A DNA stretch of 64,000 nt from an uncultured Gemmatimonadales bacterium (GCA_963793305.1 CAWBZV010000005.1:1280001-1344000), one strand, 5' to 3'. Shown: positions 20,299-31,543, counted from the first letter of the stretch. Numbers and translations: made by a program. Notes: generated by a model from the letters alone, not told the origin.

Positions 20299-20648
20299 GT
20301 CCAGCGCCGAGCGAGCAGCGTCGCCAGGGGCTGCACCAGCGCCAACGGGTCGGCGTCGGGCTCGATCGCGACCGACACGTGCCCCCATGTGGTTGGCACG
20401 ACCAGTTGGTAGAGCCGGCCATAGCGAATCAGCACGAACTTGAGTCCGCCGACATCGATGTTCCCGCGCTGAGTCACGAGCGTGAGCAACGTCGGATTGA
20501 CGATCAGCTCCTCGTACCGGTCGGACTCCGCGCTGGACGCCCCGGCGCGATTGGGACGGCTTTTGGATGTGAGCTCCCCGTGATTATACGTCGCGACATA
20601 CCGGACGACGGGGGAGACAGCGAAAATGGCATCAATGAGCGCGTCCAC
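20295..20648 (-). CDS. Hypothetical protein (117 aa)
   Basis: Compact ORF, GC-typical codon use, convergent overlap with the neighbour; no assignable motif. Confidence 0.7.
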   Translation of the reverse strand: MDALIDAIFAVSPVVRYVATYNHGELTSKSRPNRAGASSAESDRYEELIVNPTLLTLVTQRGNIDVGGLKFVLIRYGRLYQLVVPTTWGHVSVAIEPDADPLALVQPLATLLARRWT

Positions 20649-20682
20649 GGCGCGTAATCTAATAGTGCGTTAAGTTCGGTCC

Positions 20683-21288
20683 ATGCTGAAACCCTGGGCT
20701 GCACTCTTCGTGCTGACACTGGGTTGCTCGCCCAAGGTCTACTCGATCTTCCAGGAAGGGCATCACAAGTTCGCATACAAGAGCGATCGCGTCATCGTCT
20801 GGGACGTTCGAGTGCCACCGCGCACGGCGACGCGCATGCACGATCACGAGTTCGACTACCTGTTCGTCACCCTGGGCCCGGCAGTGGTGACCAGCATTCC
20901 GTTGAAGGGCCCGCCGACGCAGCTCGTGCTCCAGGACGGCGACGTCCGGTTCACGAAAGGTCCGCTGATTCACGCGGCCAAGAACACCAGCAATCAGCCC
21001 TTTCACAACGTGACGATCGAGCTGACCAAGCCCTCCACGAACGTCACGCCGTGCGATTCGCCGTGCGTCTACACATCGGACCAGTGGACGGCATACTCCA
21101 TCACGCTCGCTCCCGGCGAGCACGTGGACACGCAGGATGCGTTGGTCGTCCCGGTCTCGTACGTCAACTTGACCCACCGTCCCGAGCAGCCCCTCCGCAT
21201 CTATCCGGGACAGGTCAACGATACGCGCCACCCGCTGACCAACGCCGGGCCATCGGACGCGCGGTTCATGCTCCTGGAGTTCAAGTAG
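20683..21288 (+). CDS. Cupin-domain lipoprotein
   Basis: Lipobox LGC; MHDHEFDY and IHAAKN cupin motifs. Confidence 0.75.
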   Translation: MLKPWAALFVLTLGCSPKVYSIFQEGHHKFAYKSDRVIVWDVRVPPRTATRMHDHEFDYLFVTLGPAVVTSIPLKGPPTQLVLQDGDVRFTKGPLIHAAKNTSNQPFHNVTIELTKPSTNVTPCDSPCVYTSDQWTAYSITLAPGEHVDTQDALVVPVSYVNLTHRPEQPLRIYPGQVNDTRHPLTNAGPSDARFMLLEFK

Positions 21289-21291
21289 CGC

Positions 21292-22473
21292 GTGGCGGCC
21301 CGCGGATCTGGCGCGGCGGTCGCGGCGAGCTTCCTCGGCTGGACACTCGACGCATTCGATTTCTTCCTCGTCGTCATCTCGGTGCCGGCGATCGCGGCCG
21401 AATTCCATCAGCCGATCAAGGCCGTCGCGCTCTCGCTGACGCTGACCTTGCTGCTCCGGCCACTCGGCGCGGCCATCTTCGGCCTCATGGCCGAGCGCTA
21501 CGGACGCCGGCTGCCGCTCATGATCGACCTCGTGTTCTTCGCCATCATCGAGGTCGCCACGGGTTTCGCGCCGACATTCGCGTCATTTCTCGTCCTGCGC
21601 GCCCTGTTCGGGATCGGCATGGGCGGTGAATGGGGCGTGGGTGCGGCGCTGGCAATGGAGAAAGCGCCGTCGAATCGCCGCGGGATGTTGTCCGGTCTGC
21701 TGCAGGAAGGCTACGCAGCAGGGTACCTGCTCGCCGCCGTCTGTTCATTCTTCGTGCTCCCGAAATTTGGATGGCGCCCGATGTTCTTCATCGGTGGCCT
21801 CCCGGCGCTCTTGGCGATCTTTGTGCGTTTCCGGGTCACCGAATCAGAGGTGTGGGAACGCACGCGCCACACGAGCTGGCGGCTGTTGTTCGATGGCGTG
21901 TTCTCGCAATGGCGCCTGTTCTTGGGGCTCGTGTTGCTCATGACGATGATGAACCTCGTCTCGCACGGCACCCAGGATCTCTATCCGACGTTCCTGCAGA
22001 AAACCCGTGGCTTCTCGCCGGAACGAACGGCAGTCGTGACCGCGCTCTCGATGATCGGTGCGCTGGCCGGCGGCCTCTGGTTCGGGTCGCTCTCGGATAC
22101 GTTCGGGCGCCGGAAGGCGATGATCGGCGCGCTCGTCGGCGCGGTCGTCATGGTGCCGCTCTGGGTATTCGCGCCGTCGTTCCCGACCATCCTCGCGGGC
22201 GCGTTTCTCATGCAGTTCATGGTGCAGGGCGCATGGGGCATCATTCCCGCGCATATCAACGAGCTGTCGCCCGACGGCGTGCGCGGCTTCATGCCAGGGT
22301 TCGGGTACCAGTGTGGCGCGGCCCTGGCTGGATGGGTCCCGTTTGCGCTCGCCGCGCTCGCCGAGCACACGGGGTACGCGATCGCCATGGCTGGCACTGC
22401 CGTCGTCGTCTGTTCTCTCGCGGCCCTCGTGGTGGCAACGGGTCGCGAGAAGCGCGGAGTGACGTTCGGTTAG
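21292..22473 (+). CDS. MFS transporter (sialate/carboxylate:H+ symporter-like)
   Basis: FLGWTLDAFDFF, GLMAERYGRR, GIGMGGEWG, SHGTQDLYPTFL. Confidence 0.92.
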   Translation: MAARGSGAAVAASFLGWTLDAFDFFLVVISVPAIAAEFHQPIKAVALSLTLTLLLRPLGAAIFGLMAERYGRRLPLMIDLVFFAIIEVATGFAPTFASFLVLRALFGIGMGGEWGVGAALAMEKAPSNRRGMLSGLLQEGYAAGYLLAAVCSFFVLPKFGWRPMFFIGGLPALLAIFVRFRVTESEVWERTRHTSWRLLFDGVFSQWRLFLGLVLLMTMMNLVSHGTQDLYPTFLQKTRGFSPERTAVVTALSMIGALAGGLWFGSLSDTFGRRKAMIGALVGAVVMVPLWVFAPSFPTILAGAFLMQFMVQGAWGIIPAHINELSPDGVRGFMPGFGYQCGAALAGWVPFALAALAEHTGYAIAMAGTAVVVCSLAALVVATGREKRGVTFG

Positions 22474-22508
22474 AAGCGCGACGAAGGAGCGCTCTGTCCA
22501 ACCGACTG

Positions 22509-22553
22509 GATTTAACTAGCAGCGTGCGTTTTTCAGCACCTGCTAGTTAAATC
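22509..22553. terminator. 14-bp perfect inverted repeat between convergent genes (probable bidirectional terminator)
   Basis: GATTTAACTAGCAG (22509-22522) pairs with CTGCTAGTTAAATC (22540-22553), with an inner GTGC/GCAC stem. Confidence 0.6.
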
Positions 22554-23514
22554 TCGCCTCTTTCAGCGGATCGAGGTTGACGTTCCCGCCGCTCAACACG
22601 CACACGACTTTTGCTCCCTTCGGCGCCTTGACGAGCCCATGGCGAAGGGCGGCAACCGGCGCAGCCGCGGCGCCTTCGATGACGAGCTTGCAGTGCGACA
22701 TGACCCAACGGACGGAGTCAAAAATGTCGCTATCGGGCAACGTTACAATGTCATCGACGAAGCGCCGCACGACTTCGAAGGTCTTCTCGCCGACCCGCTT
22801 GACCCGCAGCCCATCGATGATGCAGTCAACGCTCGGCAACGTCACAACATGGTCGGCCTGAACGCTGTTTTTCATCCCGGGCGCCCCCGACGACTCCACG
22901 CCAATGACGCGCACCTTGGGATTACGCGCCTTCACCGCCATGGAGACGCCGGAGATGAGCCCACCGCCGCCGATCGGCACGACGAGGACGTCAACGTCGG
23001 GCACGTCGTCCATGACCTCGTGGCCGAGCGTCCCTTGGCCGGCCATGAGATCGTAGTCGTCGAACGGATGCACGTAGGTGTATCCGCACTCGGTGATGAG
23101 CTCCTTCGCCCGCTCGTTCGCCTCATCCCAAATCGTGCCGTGCGAGACGACCTCGGCCCCGTAGGCTTTCGTCGCCGCGACTTTCGATGGCGTCGCGTTC
23201 GTCGCCATCACGACGACCGCGCGAATCCCATAGATCTTGGCCGCGAGCGCGACCCCCTGCGCGTGATTCCCGGCGGAAGAACAAATCACACCGCGCTGGC
23301 GTTCTTCGGGCGTGAGCTCGAGGAGTTTATTCAGCGGTCCCCGGAGCTTGTATGATCCAGTGCGCTGGAACATCTCGGCCTTGAGGTGCACGTCATAACC
23401 TGTCTCATGACTGAGAAGACTCAACGTCAGGATCGGCGTGTGATGTGCATGAGCGGAGACCCGGCGCCGCGCCTCGGCCCAGACCTCGGAGGTGAATGGA
23501 ATGCGATCAGGCAT
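22543..23514 (-). CDS. Threonine/serine dehydratase (PLP, no ACT domain)
   Basis: KAEMFQRTGSYKLRG, SSAGNHAQG, VPIGGGGLISG, LSGGN. Confidence 0.93.
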   Translation of the reverse strand: MPDRIPFTSEVWAEARRRVSAHAHHTPILTLSLLSHETGYDVHLKAEMFQRTGSYKLRGPLNKLLELTPEERQRGVICSSAGNHAQGVALAAKIYGIRAVVVMATNATPSKVAATKAYGAEVVSHGTIWDEANERAKELITECGYTYVHPFDDYDLMAGQGTLGHEVMDDVPDVDVLVVPIGGGGLISGVSMAVKARNPKVRVIGVESSGAPGMKNSVQADHVVTLPSVDCIIDGLRVKRVGEKTFEVVRRFVDDIVTLPDSDIFDSVRWVMSHCKLVIEGAAAAPVAALRHGLVKAPKGAKVVCVLSGGNVNLDPLKEARFN

Positions 23515-24458
23515 GGGCTGAATTTAGCACACTCAAAGGGAAATAGGCCGAGACACCCCAATTCGGCTGATCCACGATCTGCGAGATCTTGAGATCGGCG
23601 GCCAAGCTGCACAGGATGTATGCATCTCTCGGATCGAGCCCGCGCTCCGTGCCCAACCATCCGATCAACTCGCGCACCGCGTTCTTGGCGTTCGTCATGA
23701 GATCCGGTCCAAGCGCGGTCGCGGCGTAGTATCCGCCACGATCCGACTTCGGCTGCAGCGGTCCCGGTGGCGTGCGAAAGTGATATCGCCAGGGACGCAT
23801 GCCGCCGCCCTTGATGACGGAAAACCGGAGACTGAACCGCATGGGACTCTCGATGCCGGTCACGCAGACTTCTCCATCACCTTGCGCCGCGTGACAGTCG
23901 CCCGCCGAGAATAATCCCCCTCGGACGAAGACCGGCAGATACAACGTCGACCCGGCGGTCAGATGCCGGGTATCGATGTTCCCCCCGCCTTTCGTGGGTG
24001 GCAGCACATCGTGCGGTCCGGGCTCGTCGATCGCGACACCCATCGTGCCGCAGAACGGCGCGATGGGAATGGTGATGTCGGATCTCAACGCGGTGTCGAC
24101 GCCGTTCGTAAGATCGAAGTGACGGATGTACGGCTCGGGAAAGTCCTCGGCGAGAAGACCGAGCCCGGGAATGAGTCCGGCCCACCCCCAGTCGAGCGTC
24201 GAGAGACTGAGGACGTCGACTTGGAGTGTGTCACCGGGTTCAGCGCCGCGGACGAAGATCGGCCCGGCCAGGGGGTAGAGACGGTTGAAGTCGAGCGAGG
24301 TAAACACCGATGCGGGCGACCCGGGTCGAATCTGCCCGTCCGTCACTTCGTCTGTCTCGCAGTGCACCACGTCGCCGGAGTCGATCTCCACGACAGGTGG
24401 ATTCGCCCGGTCCCACTTGAAATGCACTTTGTCCCGTTCGAATGCGGTACTCGGCCAC
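23507..24458 (-). CDS. Acetamidase/formamidase family protein (about 316 aa after removing a +1 base at 24440-24445)
   Basis: LAGPIFVRGAEPGD, GGNID, GDCHAAQGDGEVC. A strong GGAGGAGG RBS precedes GTG 24458; corrected start MAEYRIERDKVHFKW. Confidence 0.9.
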
Positions 24459-24487
24459 GATCCCTCCTCCTCGTTATTGTATTACCG

Positions 24488-24940
24488 GTGAGCAAGCAGA
24501 GCGCAGGCGTACTGCTGTTTCGCCACCGAAACGGGGTGCTCGAGGTCTTTCTCGTGCACCCGGGCGGCCCCTTTTGGGTCCGTAAGGACGACGGCGCGTG
24601 GTCGATCCCAAAGGGTGAGATCAACCCCGGCGAAGAGCCGCTCGCGGCCGCGCGGCGCGAGTTCTCCGAGGAAACCGGCCTCACGCTGGACGGAGACCTC
24701 CTCCAGCTCGCGCCGGTGAAACAGAAGAGCGGCAAAGTCGTGCATGCGTGGGCGGTGCGCGGCGATGCCGATCCGGCGACGATCACGAGCAACACGTTTA
24801 CGTACAACGGCCGCGAATATCCCGAGGTCGACCGCGCCGCGTGGTTCAATCTTGCGGAAGCGCGCCGGAAGCTGTTGCCAGGTCAGGTGCCGCTGCTCGA
24901 TGAGCTCGACCGCCGTGTGTCTGCGGAAGAAACGCCGTGA
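24488..24940 (+). CDS. NUDIX hydrolase
   Basis: SAGVLLFR, HPGGPFW, WSIPKGE...AARREFSEETG Nudix box, YPEVDRAAWF. Confidence 0.92.
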   Translation: MSKQSAGVLLFRHRNGVLEVFLVHPGGPFWVRKDDGAWSIPKGEINPGEEPLAAARREFSEETGLTLDGDLLQLAPVKQKSGKVVHAWAVRGDADPATITSNTFTYNGREYPEVDRAAWFNLAEARRKLLPGQVPLLDELDRRVSAEETP

Positions 24941-26060
24941 GCAACCCGATCGCCGGAAGGAACGCGCAGACGCGATAGACGAATTCGAGACTCGTCGCGT
25001 CGGCGAGCTTGCCGAGGAACGCGGCGCCGATCCCGCCCAGCCCGAACGCGAGGCCGAAGAACACGCCGGAGATGAGGCCCACGCGGCCAGGCACGAGATC
25101 CTGCGCGTAGACGAGAATCGCCGGCATGGCCGAAGCGAGGACGAGCCCGATCACAATGCTGAGGCCAGTCGTCCACGCCAGATCGGCGTATGGCAAGATG
25201 AGCGTAAAGGGTAAGACGCCCAGAATGGAAACCCAAATGACGTACTTCCTCCCAATCCGATCCCCAACCGGCCCGCCAATAATTGTTCCGGCCGCAACAG
25301 CGCCCAGAAACAAAAAGAGGTGTATCTCGGCGCTCCGCACGGACAGATGGAATCGGTTGATGAGATAGAACGTGTAGTAGCTCGTCAGGCTCGACAAATA
25401 GAAAAATTTGGAAAACATGAGTGCCACCAGAACCGCGAGAGCGCCAATCACGCGGCGTCGGGGCAACCCACTCGTCACGGGGGTGACCGCCGAGGGACCA
25501 CGTTGGGCCAAGTGGGCCCGGTACCAGCGCCCGATGATCGTGAGCACCACGATCGCCAGCAAAGCGACCACCGAGAACCAAGCCAGACTGGATTGGCCGT
25601 TTGGCAGGATGATGTACGCGGCGAGCAGCGGCCCGAGCGACGTGCCGGCGTTCCCGCCAACTTGAAAGAACGACTGCGCAAACCCGGGCCGATTCCCTGA
25701 CGCCAGCCGCGCCACGCGCGACGACTCGGGATGAAAGATCGATGAGCCGAGGCCGACGAGCGACGCTCCGCCGAGCAGGGTGAGAAAATGCGAAGCCGCG
25801 GACAGCACCAGAAGGCCGCACAGGGTCGCGCCCATGCCGATCGCCAGTGAAAATGGCAATGGCCGCTTATCGGTATAGAGTCCGACGAACGGCTGCAGGA
25901 GCGACGCGGTGATCTGGTACGACAGCGTGATGAGCCCGATCTGGCGAAAGTCGAGATGATGCGTGGTCTTGAGGATCGGGTAGACCGCGTAGATCAGCGA
26001 TTGGACGAGGTCATTGAGCAGATGGCAGAAGCTGATCGCCGCCAGAATCGCGAGTTGCAT
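24846..26060 (-). CDS. fsr: MFS transporter, fosmidomycin-resistance (Fsr) family
   Basis: HLLNDL.QS, IFHPESSRVAR, QSFFQVGGNAG, GDRIGRK.VIW.SILG. Confidence 0.88.
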   Translation of the reverse strand: MQLAILAAISFCHLLNDLVQSLIYAVYPILKTTHHLDFRQIGLITLSYQITASLLQPFVGLYTDKRPLPFSLAIGMGATLCGLLVLSAASHFLTLLGGASLVGLGSSIFHPESSRVARLASGNRPGFAQSFFQVGGNAGTSLGPLLAAYIILPNGQSSLAWFSVVALLAIVVLTIIGRWYRAHLAQRGPSAVTPVTSGLPRRRVIGALAVLVALMFSKFFYLSSLTSYYTFYLINRFHLSVRSAEIHLFLFLGAVAAGTIIGGPVGDRIGRKYVIWVSILGVLPFTLILPYADLAWTTGLSIVIGLVLASAMPAILVYAQDLVPGRVGLISGVFFGLAFGLGGIGAAFLGKLADATSLEFVYRVCAFLPAIGLLTAFLPQTHGGRAHRAAAPDLATASGALPQD

Positions 26061-26069
26061 CCGCGAAAG

Positions 26070-28411
26070 CTAAGGCGCCGCGCTCGGCTCCAGCACCGTG
26101 GTCCACACGTTGGCGAGGGCGCCCGGGAGCGTCGTCTCCGTCCACGCACCCGCGCGTCTAAACCGCGCGCGGATGGTGGCGCCGACTCCAATGGGTTCCA
26201 GCTTCGTTTGGATCAACGCCGTGATGCGCAGGCGCTTCGTGCTCCGGAATTCGTCGGCGCCGTACCGTTCGTCGACGCCGCTGAGCACGCGGCCAGGAAG
26301 GTCCAACGCGGTGTTCGCGTTGTCGGAGTACCAGAACGTCGGTCGTGCCGCCGAACTGCTCGACGACGCGACGATCCGGCACGAGGTTGGGATCCAGCAC
26401 GCCGGATGGTCCGACGTGATACCCGCGCGGGAGGCGCCCTACCTTCGCGGGAAGCGCAAGCGCGCCGTAGAGCGTCGGAACGAGGAGGATCACGCCGCCC
26501 GCGCACGCGACGAGCGCGCGGAGTGGCCACCCGCGGCGTCGCCACACATCGATGGCGCCGAGCACGGCGACGGGGAGCACCGCGAGGCTCGCTGGCGCGA
26601 CATGTCGCGCGGTCAGATCGGCCGCGAAGCTCGTGAACGTCCAGACGCCGGCGATCGCGACCATGGTGACGACAAACGCCATCACCGCGAGCCGGGCGGC
26701 GGCCATGGCCCGGACCGCCGGCAGGCGTGCGCCATGCGCGATGAGCCACAGGAAGACGAGACCGGGCGCCACGCCAAAGTAGGACGACGCGCGCAATCGG
26801 CTCAGCAGTCCGTCCGCGTCGGCTACGGCGAGGGCAGGATCGGCGATCAGCGCCGCAAACGACTCCACGTGTGGATAGAACCCGGCTTGCGCGGTCACAC
26901 TGTTCACCGCGACGCCGAAGTGCGCATTGAGAAGAGACAGCGCCACCACAGGAATCGCCGTCCCCGCGGCGACCCACCAGAGGTTGCGCCACGAGCGCTC
27001 AACGCCGAGCCACGCGAGGGCGCCGAGCCCGAGAAAGAACAGCGAGTACTTGACGATATACGTGACGCCGAGCGCGAGCCCCAGACCGAGCGCGCCTCGA
27101 CGAGCACCGCGCAGCGCCAGAAGGAGGACCCACGGTGCAACCGCGTAGCTCAGGGTGTCTTGCGTGAACAGGTAGAGACCGTTGCTCGCCTCGTGCAAAA
27201 AGGGGAGGGCCGCCGCGACGATCGAGAGGACCCACGTCGGCGCCTCGAATTGCTCGAACCATCGCAACCATCCAATGGAACCGGCGATCAGGCACAGACC
27301 GGCCACGATGCGGAGAGCGGCGCCGAGCGACAGGCCGGCGGCGAGCCATGGATACGCGGCGAGCTGCGGGCCGGGCGGACGCGAAACGATCCAGAATGCG
27401 TTGATCGCGAGAGAGGTCGGCCGGGTCGGGCTGAACGACCGTGTTCAACGTCGGCGACTGGCCGGCGACGTACTGAACCGCCCCGCGGAGCTGCGCGGCC
27501 TGGTCGCCGTTGATGCCTTGCGGTACACGACCCATGATCGCGAAAACCAGCGCCAGCGCGACGATCATGATCACCCAGGGCGCGCGCCCCGCAATCGCGA
27601 CCTTGGTCGCTCTCCAGAACCACCGTGCCCGGAGCAGCGCCAACTGCTTGGCCTGGTGCGCGCGACGTCGCCGGGCAATCGCGCGCAGCCGCGGATCCGA
27701 CAGACACGCCACCATTTTGCCATACAACCGTATCCACCCTTCGGCGGCGCCAATGAGGTTCTCTGCATATCGGGGATCGCCGCCTTTGTCGCGCACCGAC
27801 ACGAGGGCCTCGGCGATCGCGGTGACCTCGCTCCGCATCGCGAGGCGCAGCCAGAGGTCCTGGTCTTCGTTCACCGCCAATGCTTCGTCGAATCCACCGA
27901 CCTCCTCGATCAGGCTGCGCTCGGCCATCACGGTCGGTGTGCCGACGATGGCGTCCAACGTCAGCAGTCGCTCGACGATGTCGCCATCGTATGCGATGCG
28001 CGGTTTGTATCGGGCATCGGACACCGCCCGCCCTTCGGTATCGATGATCGACAGCGCCGTGTAGCTCCACCGGCGCGTCGGCGCCGATTGCATCGCGCGC
28101 ACCTGCACCGCGAGCTTGGTCGGCGCCCACACGTCATCGGAATCCATGAATGCGATGTACCGACCCCGCGCGACGCCAATGGCCGCGTTCCGTGCGATCG
28201 ACGGCCTGCCCGAATGCAGAAGCCACAGCACCCGGACGCGCGGATCGCCGAGGCTCCGCAGGTACGCCCGCGTCTCCTCTCCGGAGCCATCGTCGGCGAT
28301 GATGAGCTCCCAGTCAGCGTACGTTTGCCGCAGCACCGAGTCGATGGCCGCGGGCAAGAACTCCAGGCGATTGAACGCCGGCAGGATGACGGAGATGAGT
28401 GGCGTGGTCAC
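26070..28411 (-). CDS. GT2 glycosyltransferase fused to a multi-pass membrane (GT-C-like) region (about 779 aa after removing +1 bases at 27394-27399 and 26334-26340)
   Basis: ISVILPAFN, ADDGS, FMDSDD GT2 motifs read in frame into TM segments. Three track ORFs join at the CGCATC and GACGTC error sites. Confidence 0.65.
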
Positions 28412-29784
28412 CGGTGAGCGTCGTCGTGGTCCAAGCGCTCGAGGATGACTTGGGTCGCGAATGCGTAGCCGGCCGCATTGAGGTGCGTCCAGACATGCGG
28501 CGGCTGCCAGAACCGGTCATCCGAGTCGGCGGTGAACCGGGCCTGGAGGTCGATCACCGCAATCCCGCGGCGATCGAGCGCCTGAATCAGCGTATCGCGC
28601 GCCGGTCGGCAGGTCTTGGTTCCGATCTCCTCCCCCCACAGGGGCAGATGGACGAAGTAGAATCGCCCACCCCACTGCTCGACCTCCGAGCGGGCCTGCG
28701 CGATCAGATCGGTGAACTGCTGCAGCCGATCCGGCGCGCATGGCAGGTCTCCCACACGGTCCCATTCGGGCACGAGCATCGGAAAAGCCTTCTCTCGCAG
28801 ATCGCGCAGCGTGAGAAACCGCCTCATCTTCCCGCGCCACGGATGCGCCTGGGCCGCGGCGGTCGTCGCAATGTTCCGGTCTTGGTACGATCGCATCATC
28901 GCATCGACCTCGCTTTGCCGGGTGAGCAGCGACTGTCGAAAACCTGGCACGCGGTACTGCCCGAGAAATCCGCGGGCGCGCTCCGACTCGAAGTCCATGA
29001 AGTCGTTGCCGGGGAAATAGAGCCACACGACGTGGCGCGGCCGGCGCGGCGCCGCAAATTCCCGGAGGATGGCGAGCTCGGAGAGCGGGCCGTTCCCGTT
29101 CACGCCCAAGCTGATCGCCGAACGGGTGCGGCGCATTCGCGCGGCGATGTTCTCCGTCGTATCCACGCACGCGCCCTGCGCAAACGAGTCTCCGATGAGG
29201 ACGACGTCGGGCGCCGGCTCGCCCCACGCGCCCGGCGGGTTATTGAACCCATGATCGTCGCTCCGGTAGGTCGTGAACGCACCGCCCTCGTTGCAGTACA
29301 CGATAAACGTGTTGGCGATGCCGGCGAGCGGATACGGATGTCCGGCCGTCCGGTCGGCGCGATACGCCGCATCCAGCTCCAAGCGCTCTGTAGCGTAGTA
29401 CGCCGGGACACCCAGGGCGCGGAAGTCGAGGACGACGTTGAGCCGCGAACGCGGATCCCACGCGCCCCGCAGGCCGGCCGGCGGTGGCAGATGGCGCGGG
29501 TCGTCGCGCGGTCTAAACGCGAGCGCCGCGTCGGCAACGTAGAACGCCAGCATCGCCGCGCCGATGCAACTGGCGATGATCGCGCGGCGATCGCGTCGCA
29601 TGAACAGCGAGGCAATGGCCACGATGCCGACGATCGCCGGACCGATATCGTATCCGGCCGCGAGTGCGGGATATCGCGCCGGGATATGGGTGGCCGCGAA
29701 GATGACGATGCGGATGGCGCCGAGCGCCGTGACCACGAGTACGGCGATGGCGATCGCGTCCACGAGTCGATCAGTCCGGCGCAA
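28408..29784 (-). CDS. Membrane-anchored SGNH/GDSL-family protein
   Basis: Three N-terminal TMs; IGDSF, GNGP, GNDF, THLNAAG blocks. The start may instead be GTG 29763. Confidence 0.82.
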   Translation of the reverse strand: MRRTDRLVDAIAIAVLVVTALGAIRIVIFAATHIPARYPALAAGYDIGPAIVGIVAIASLFMRRDRRAIIASCIGAAMLAFYVADAALAFRPRDDPRHLPPPAGLRGAWDPRSRLNVVLDFRALGVPAYYATERLELDAAYRADRTAGHPYPLAGIANTFIVYCNEGGAFTTYRSDDHGFNNPPGAWGEPAPDVVLIGDSFAQGACVDTTENIAARMRRTRSAISLGVNGNGPLSELAILREFAAPRRPRHVVWLYFPGNDFMDFESERARGFLGQYRVPGFRQSLLTRQSEVDAMMRSYQDRNIATTAAAQAHPWRGKMRRFLTLRDLREKAFPMLVPEWDRVGDLPCAPDRLQQFTDLIAQARSEVEQWGGRFYFVHLPLWGEEIGTKTCRPARDTLIQALDRRGIAVIDLQARFTADSDDRFWQPPHVWTHLNAAGYAFATQVILERLDHDDAHR

Positions 29785-31537
29785 ACGCGCCTCGCGCCAT
29801 CTGGGCCTCGGACACGACCTGGTCGGTCTTCCGGAGAAAGCAGTTGCCGATGCTCATCGCTTCGATCGCCGTCGCCATGAAGCATCGGAACGCATCCTCC
29901 GGCGTGCACACGATCGGCTCGCCGCGGACATTGAAGCTGGTGTTGACCAGCACGGGGCAGCCGGTTCGCGCTCCGAATGCCGTAAGCAGCGCGTGGAACC
30001 GCGGGTTGGTCGCCTGATCGACGGTCTGGATGCGCGCCGAGCCGTCGACATGCGTAACGGCTGGGATGTCCGATCGGTGTTCAGGCCGAACCGACGCGAC
30101 GAGCAGCATATACGGGCTCTCGACGTCGAGCTCGAACCACTCGGCGGCGCACTCGGCCAACACCGCGGGTGCGAAAGGCCGGAACGACTCCCGAAACTTG
30201 ACCTTGAGATTGAGCGTCGACTGCGCGTTGGGGTCGCGCGGGTCGGCCAGGATCGACCGGCTGCCGAGCGCACGGGGACCGAACTCCATGCGTCCTTGGA
30301 ACCACCCGAGCGCGTCACGTTGGACGAGACGCTCGACGCTGCACGCAACGAGCGCCTCGTCGGAGAGCGTCGTATATCGAGCGCCGAGCACCCCGAGCCG
30401 TCGCTCGATCTCCTCTTGAGTGAATTCCGGCCCCAGCAACGCCCCTTGCATGGCATCGCCAGTCGGAATTGGCCGCTCGGTCGACGCCTGATACGCGATC
30501 AGGGCGGCGCCGATCGCCCCGCCGGCGTCGCCCGCCGCCGGCTGAATCCAGAGCCGCTCGAACCGACCATCGCGCAAGACCGCGCCATTGGCGACGCAGT
30601 TGAGCGCGACACCGCCGGCGAGGCACAGGTTCCGCTGGCCGGTCCGCGCGGCCACATCGCGCGTCATGCGCAGGATCGCCTCATCGAGCACGGCCTGAAT
30701 GGACGCCGCGAGGTCGCGATGTCGCGAGAGGAGCGGCTCATCCGGCCGGCGCGCCGGCGCGCCGAACAGCGCATCGAACGCGCCATTCGTCATGCGCGAT
30801 CCGGCGCAATAGTCGAAATACGAGAGGTCGAGACGGAACGATCCATCGTCCTTGAGATCGATCAAGTGATCCCGGATGAGCGCCGCGTACCGCGCCTCGC
30901 CGTACGGCGCCAGGCCCATGACCTTGTACTCGGCCGAGTTCACGCGAAATCCGAGGTAGTGCGTGAACGCGCTGTACAGGAGCCCGAGCGAGTGCGGAAA
31001 GTCGATCTGGCGAAGAATGTCGAGCGTCGGCCGCCGCCCGATCGCCACGGAGGTCGTGGCCCACTCGCCGACGCCATCCACGGTGAGCACGGCCGCTTCG
31101 TCGAAGGGTGACGGAAAGAACGCGCTGGCGGCGTGACTCGCGTGGTGTTCGGTGAACCGGAGACGCGCGTCCCAGTCGACGCGCGGATCGAGGGCGCGGA
31201 GCTCGCGGCGCAGGCGTGAACGGAGAAACAGCTTGTCACCCAACCAGACGGGCATGGCCCGCGCGAACGAGCCCAGGCCGCGTGGAGCCACCGCGAGATA
31301 CGTCTCGATCAGGCGCTCGAACTTGAGGAAAGGCTTCTCGTAATACGCGACGAGGTCGAGATCGGCCGCCCGGATGCCAGCGTGCTCCAGACAGAACGCG
31401 ATGGCGTGTCGAGGAAAGTCGGGATCGTGCCGGAGCCGCGTGAACCGCTCTTCTTGAGCGGCCGCCACGATCACCCCATCGTCGATGAGCGCGGCCGCAC
31501 TATCGTGATAGTACGCCGAGATCCCGAGGATCTTCAC
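29771..31537 (-). CDS. O-carbamoyltransferase (NodU/CmcH/SxtI family)
   Basis: ILGISAYYHDSAAAL, EHHASHAASAF, EYKVMGLAPYG, GGVALNCVANG, EFGPRALG, NTSFNVRGEP. Confidence 0.95.
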   Translation of the reverse strand: MKILGISAYYHDSAAALIDDGVIVAAAQEERFTRLRHDPDFPRHAIAFCLEHAGIRAADLDLVAYYEKPFLKFERLIETYLAVAPRGLGSFARAMPVWLGDKLFLRSRLRRELRALDPRVDWDARLRFTEHHASHAASAFFPSPFDEAAVLTVDGVGEWATTSVAIGRRPTLDILRQIDFPHSLGLLYSAFTHYLGFRVNSAEYKVMGLAPYGEARYAALIRDHLIDLKDDGSFRLDLSYFDYCAGSRMTNGAFDALFGAPARRPDEPLLSRHRDLAASIQAVLDEAILRMTRDVAARTGQRNLCLAGGVALNCVANGAVLRDGRFERLWIQPAAGDAGGAIGAALIAYQASTERPIPTGDAMQGALLGPEFTQEEIERRLGVLGARYTTLSDEALVACSVERLVQRDALGWFQGRMEFGPRALGSRSILADPRDPNAQSTLNLKVKFRESFRPFAPAVLAECAAEWFELDVESPYMLLVASVRPEHRSDIPAVTHVDGSARIQTVDQATNPRFHALLTAFGARTGCPVLVNTSFNVRGEPIVCTPEDAFRCFMATAIEAMSIGNCFLRKTDQVVSEAQMARGAFAPD

Positions 31538-31543
31538 ACGTCC

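Noticed and set aside
22509..22553. Integron attC site (ATTTAAC...GTTAAAT)
   Set aside because: About 43 nt is too short, there is no L-box or unpaired spacer pattern, no integrase or cassette array, and the position fits a terminator.
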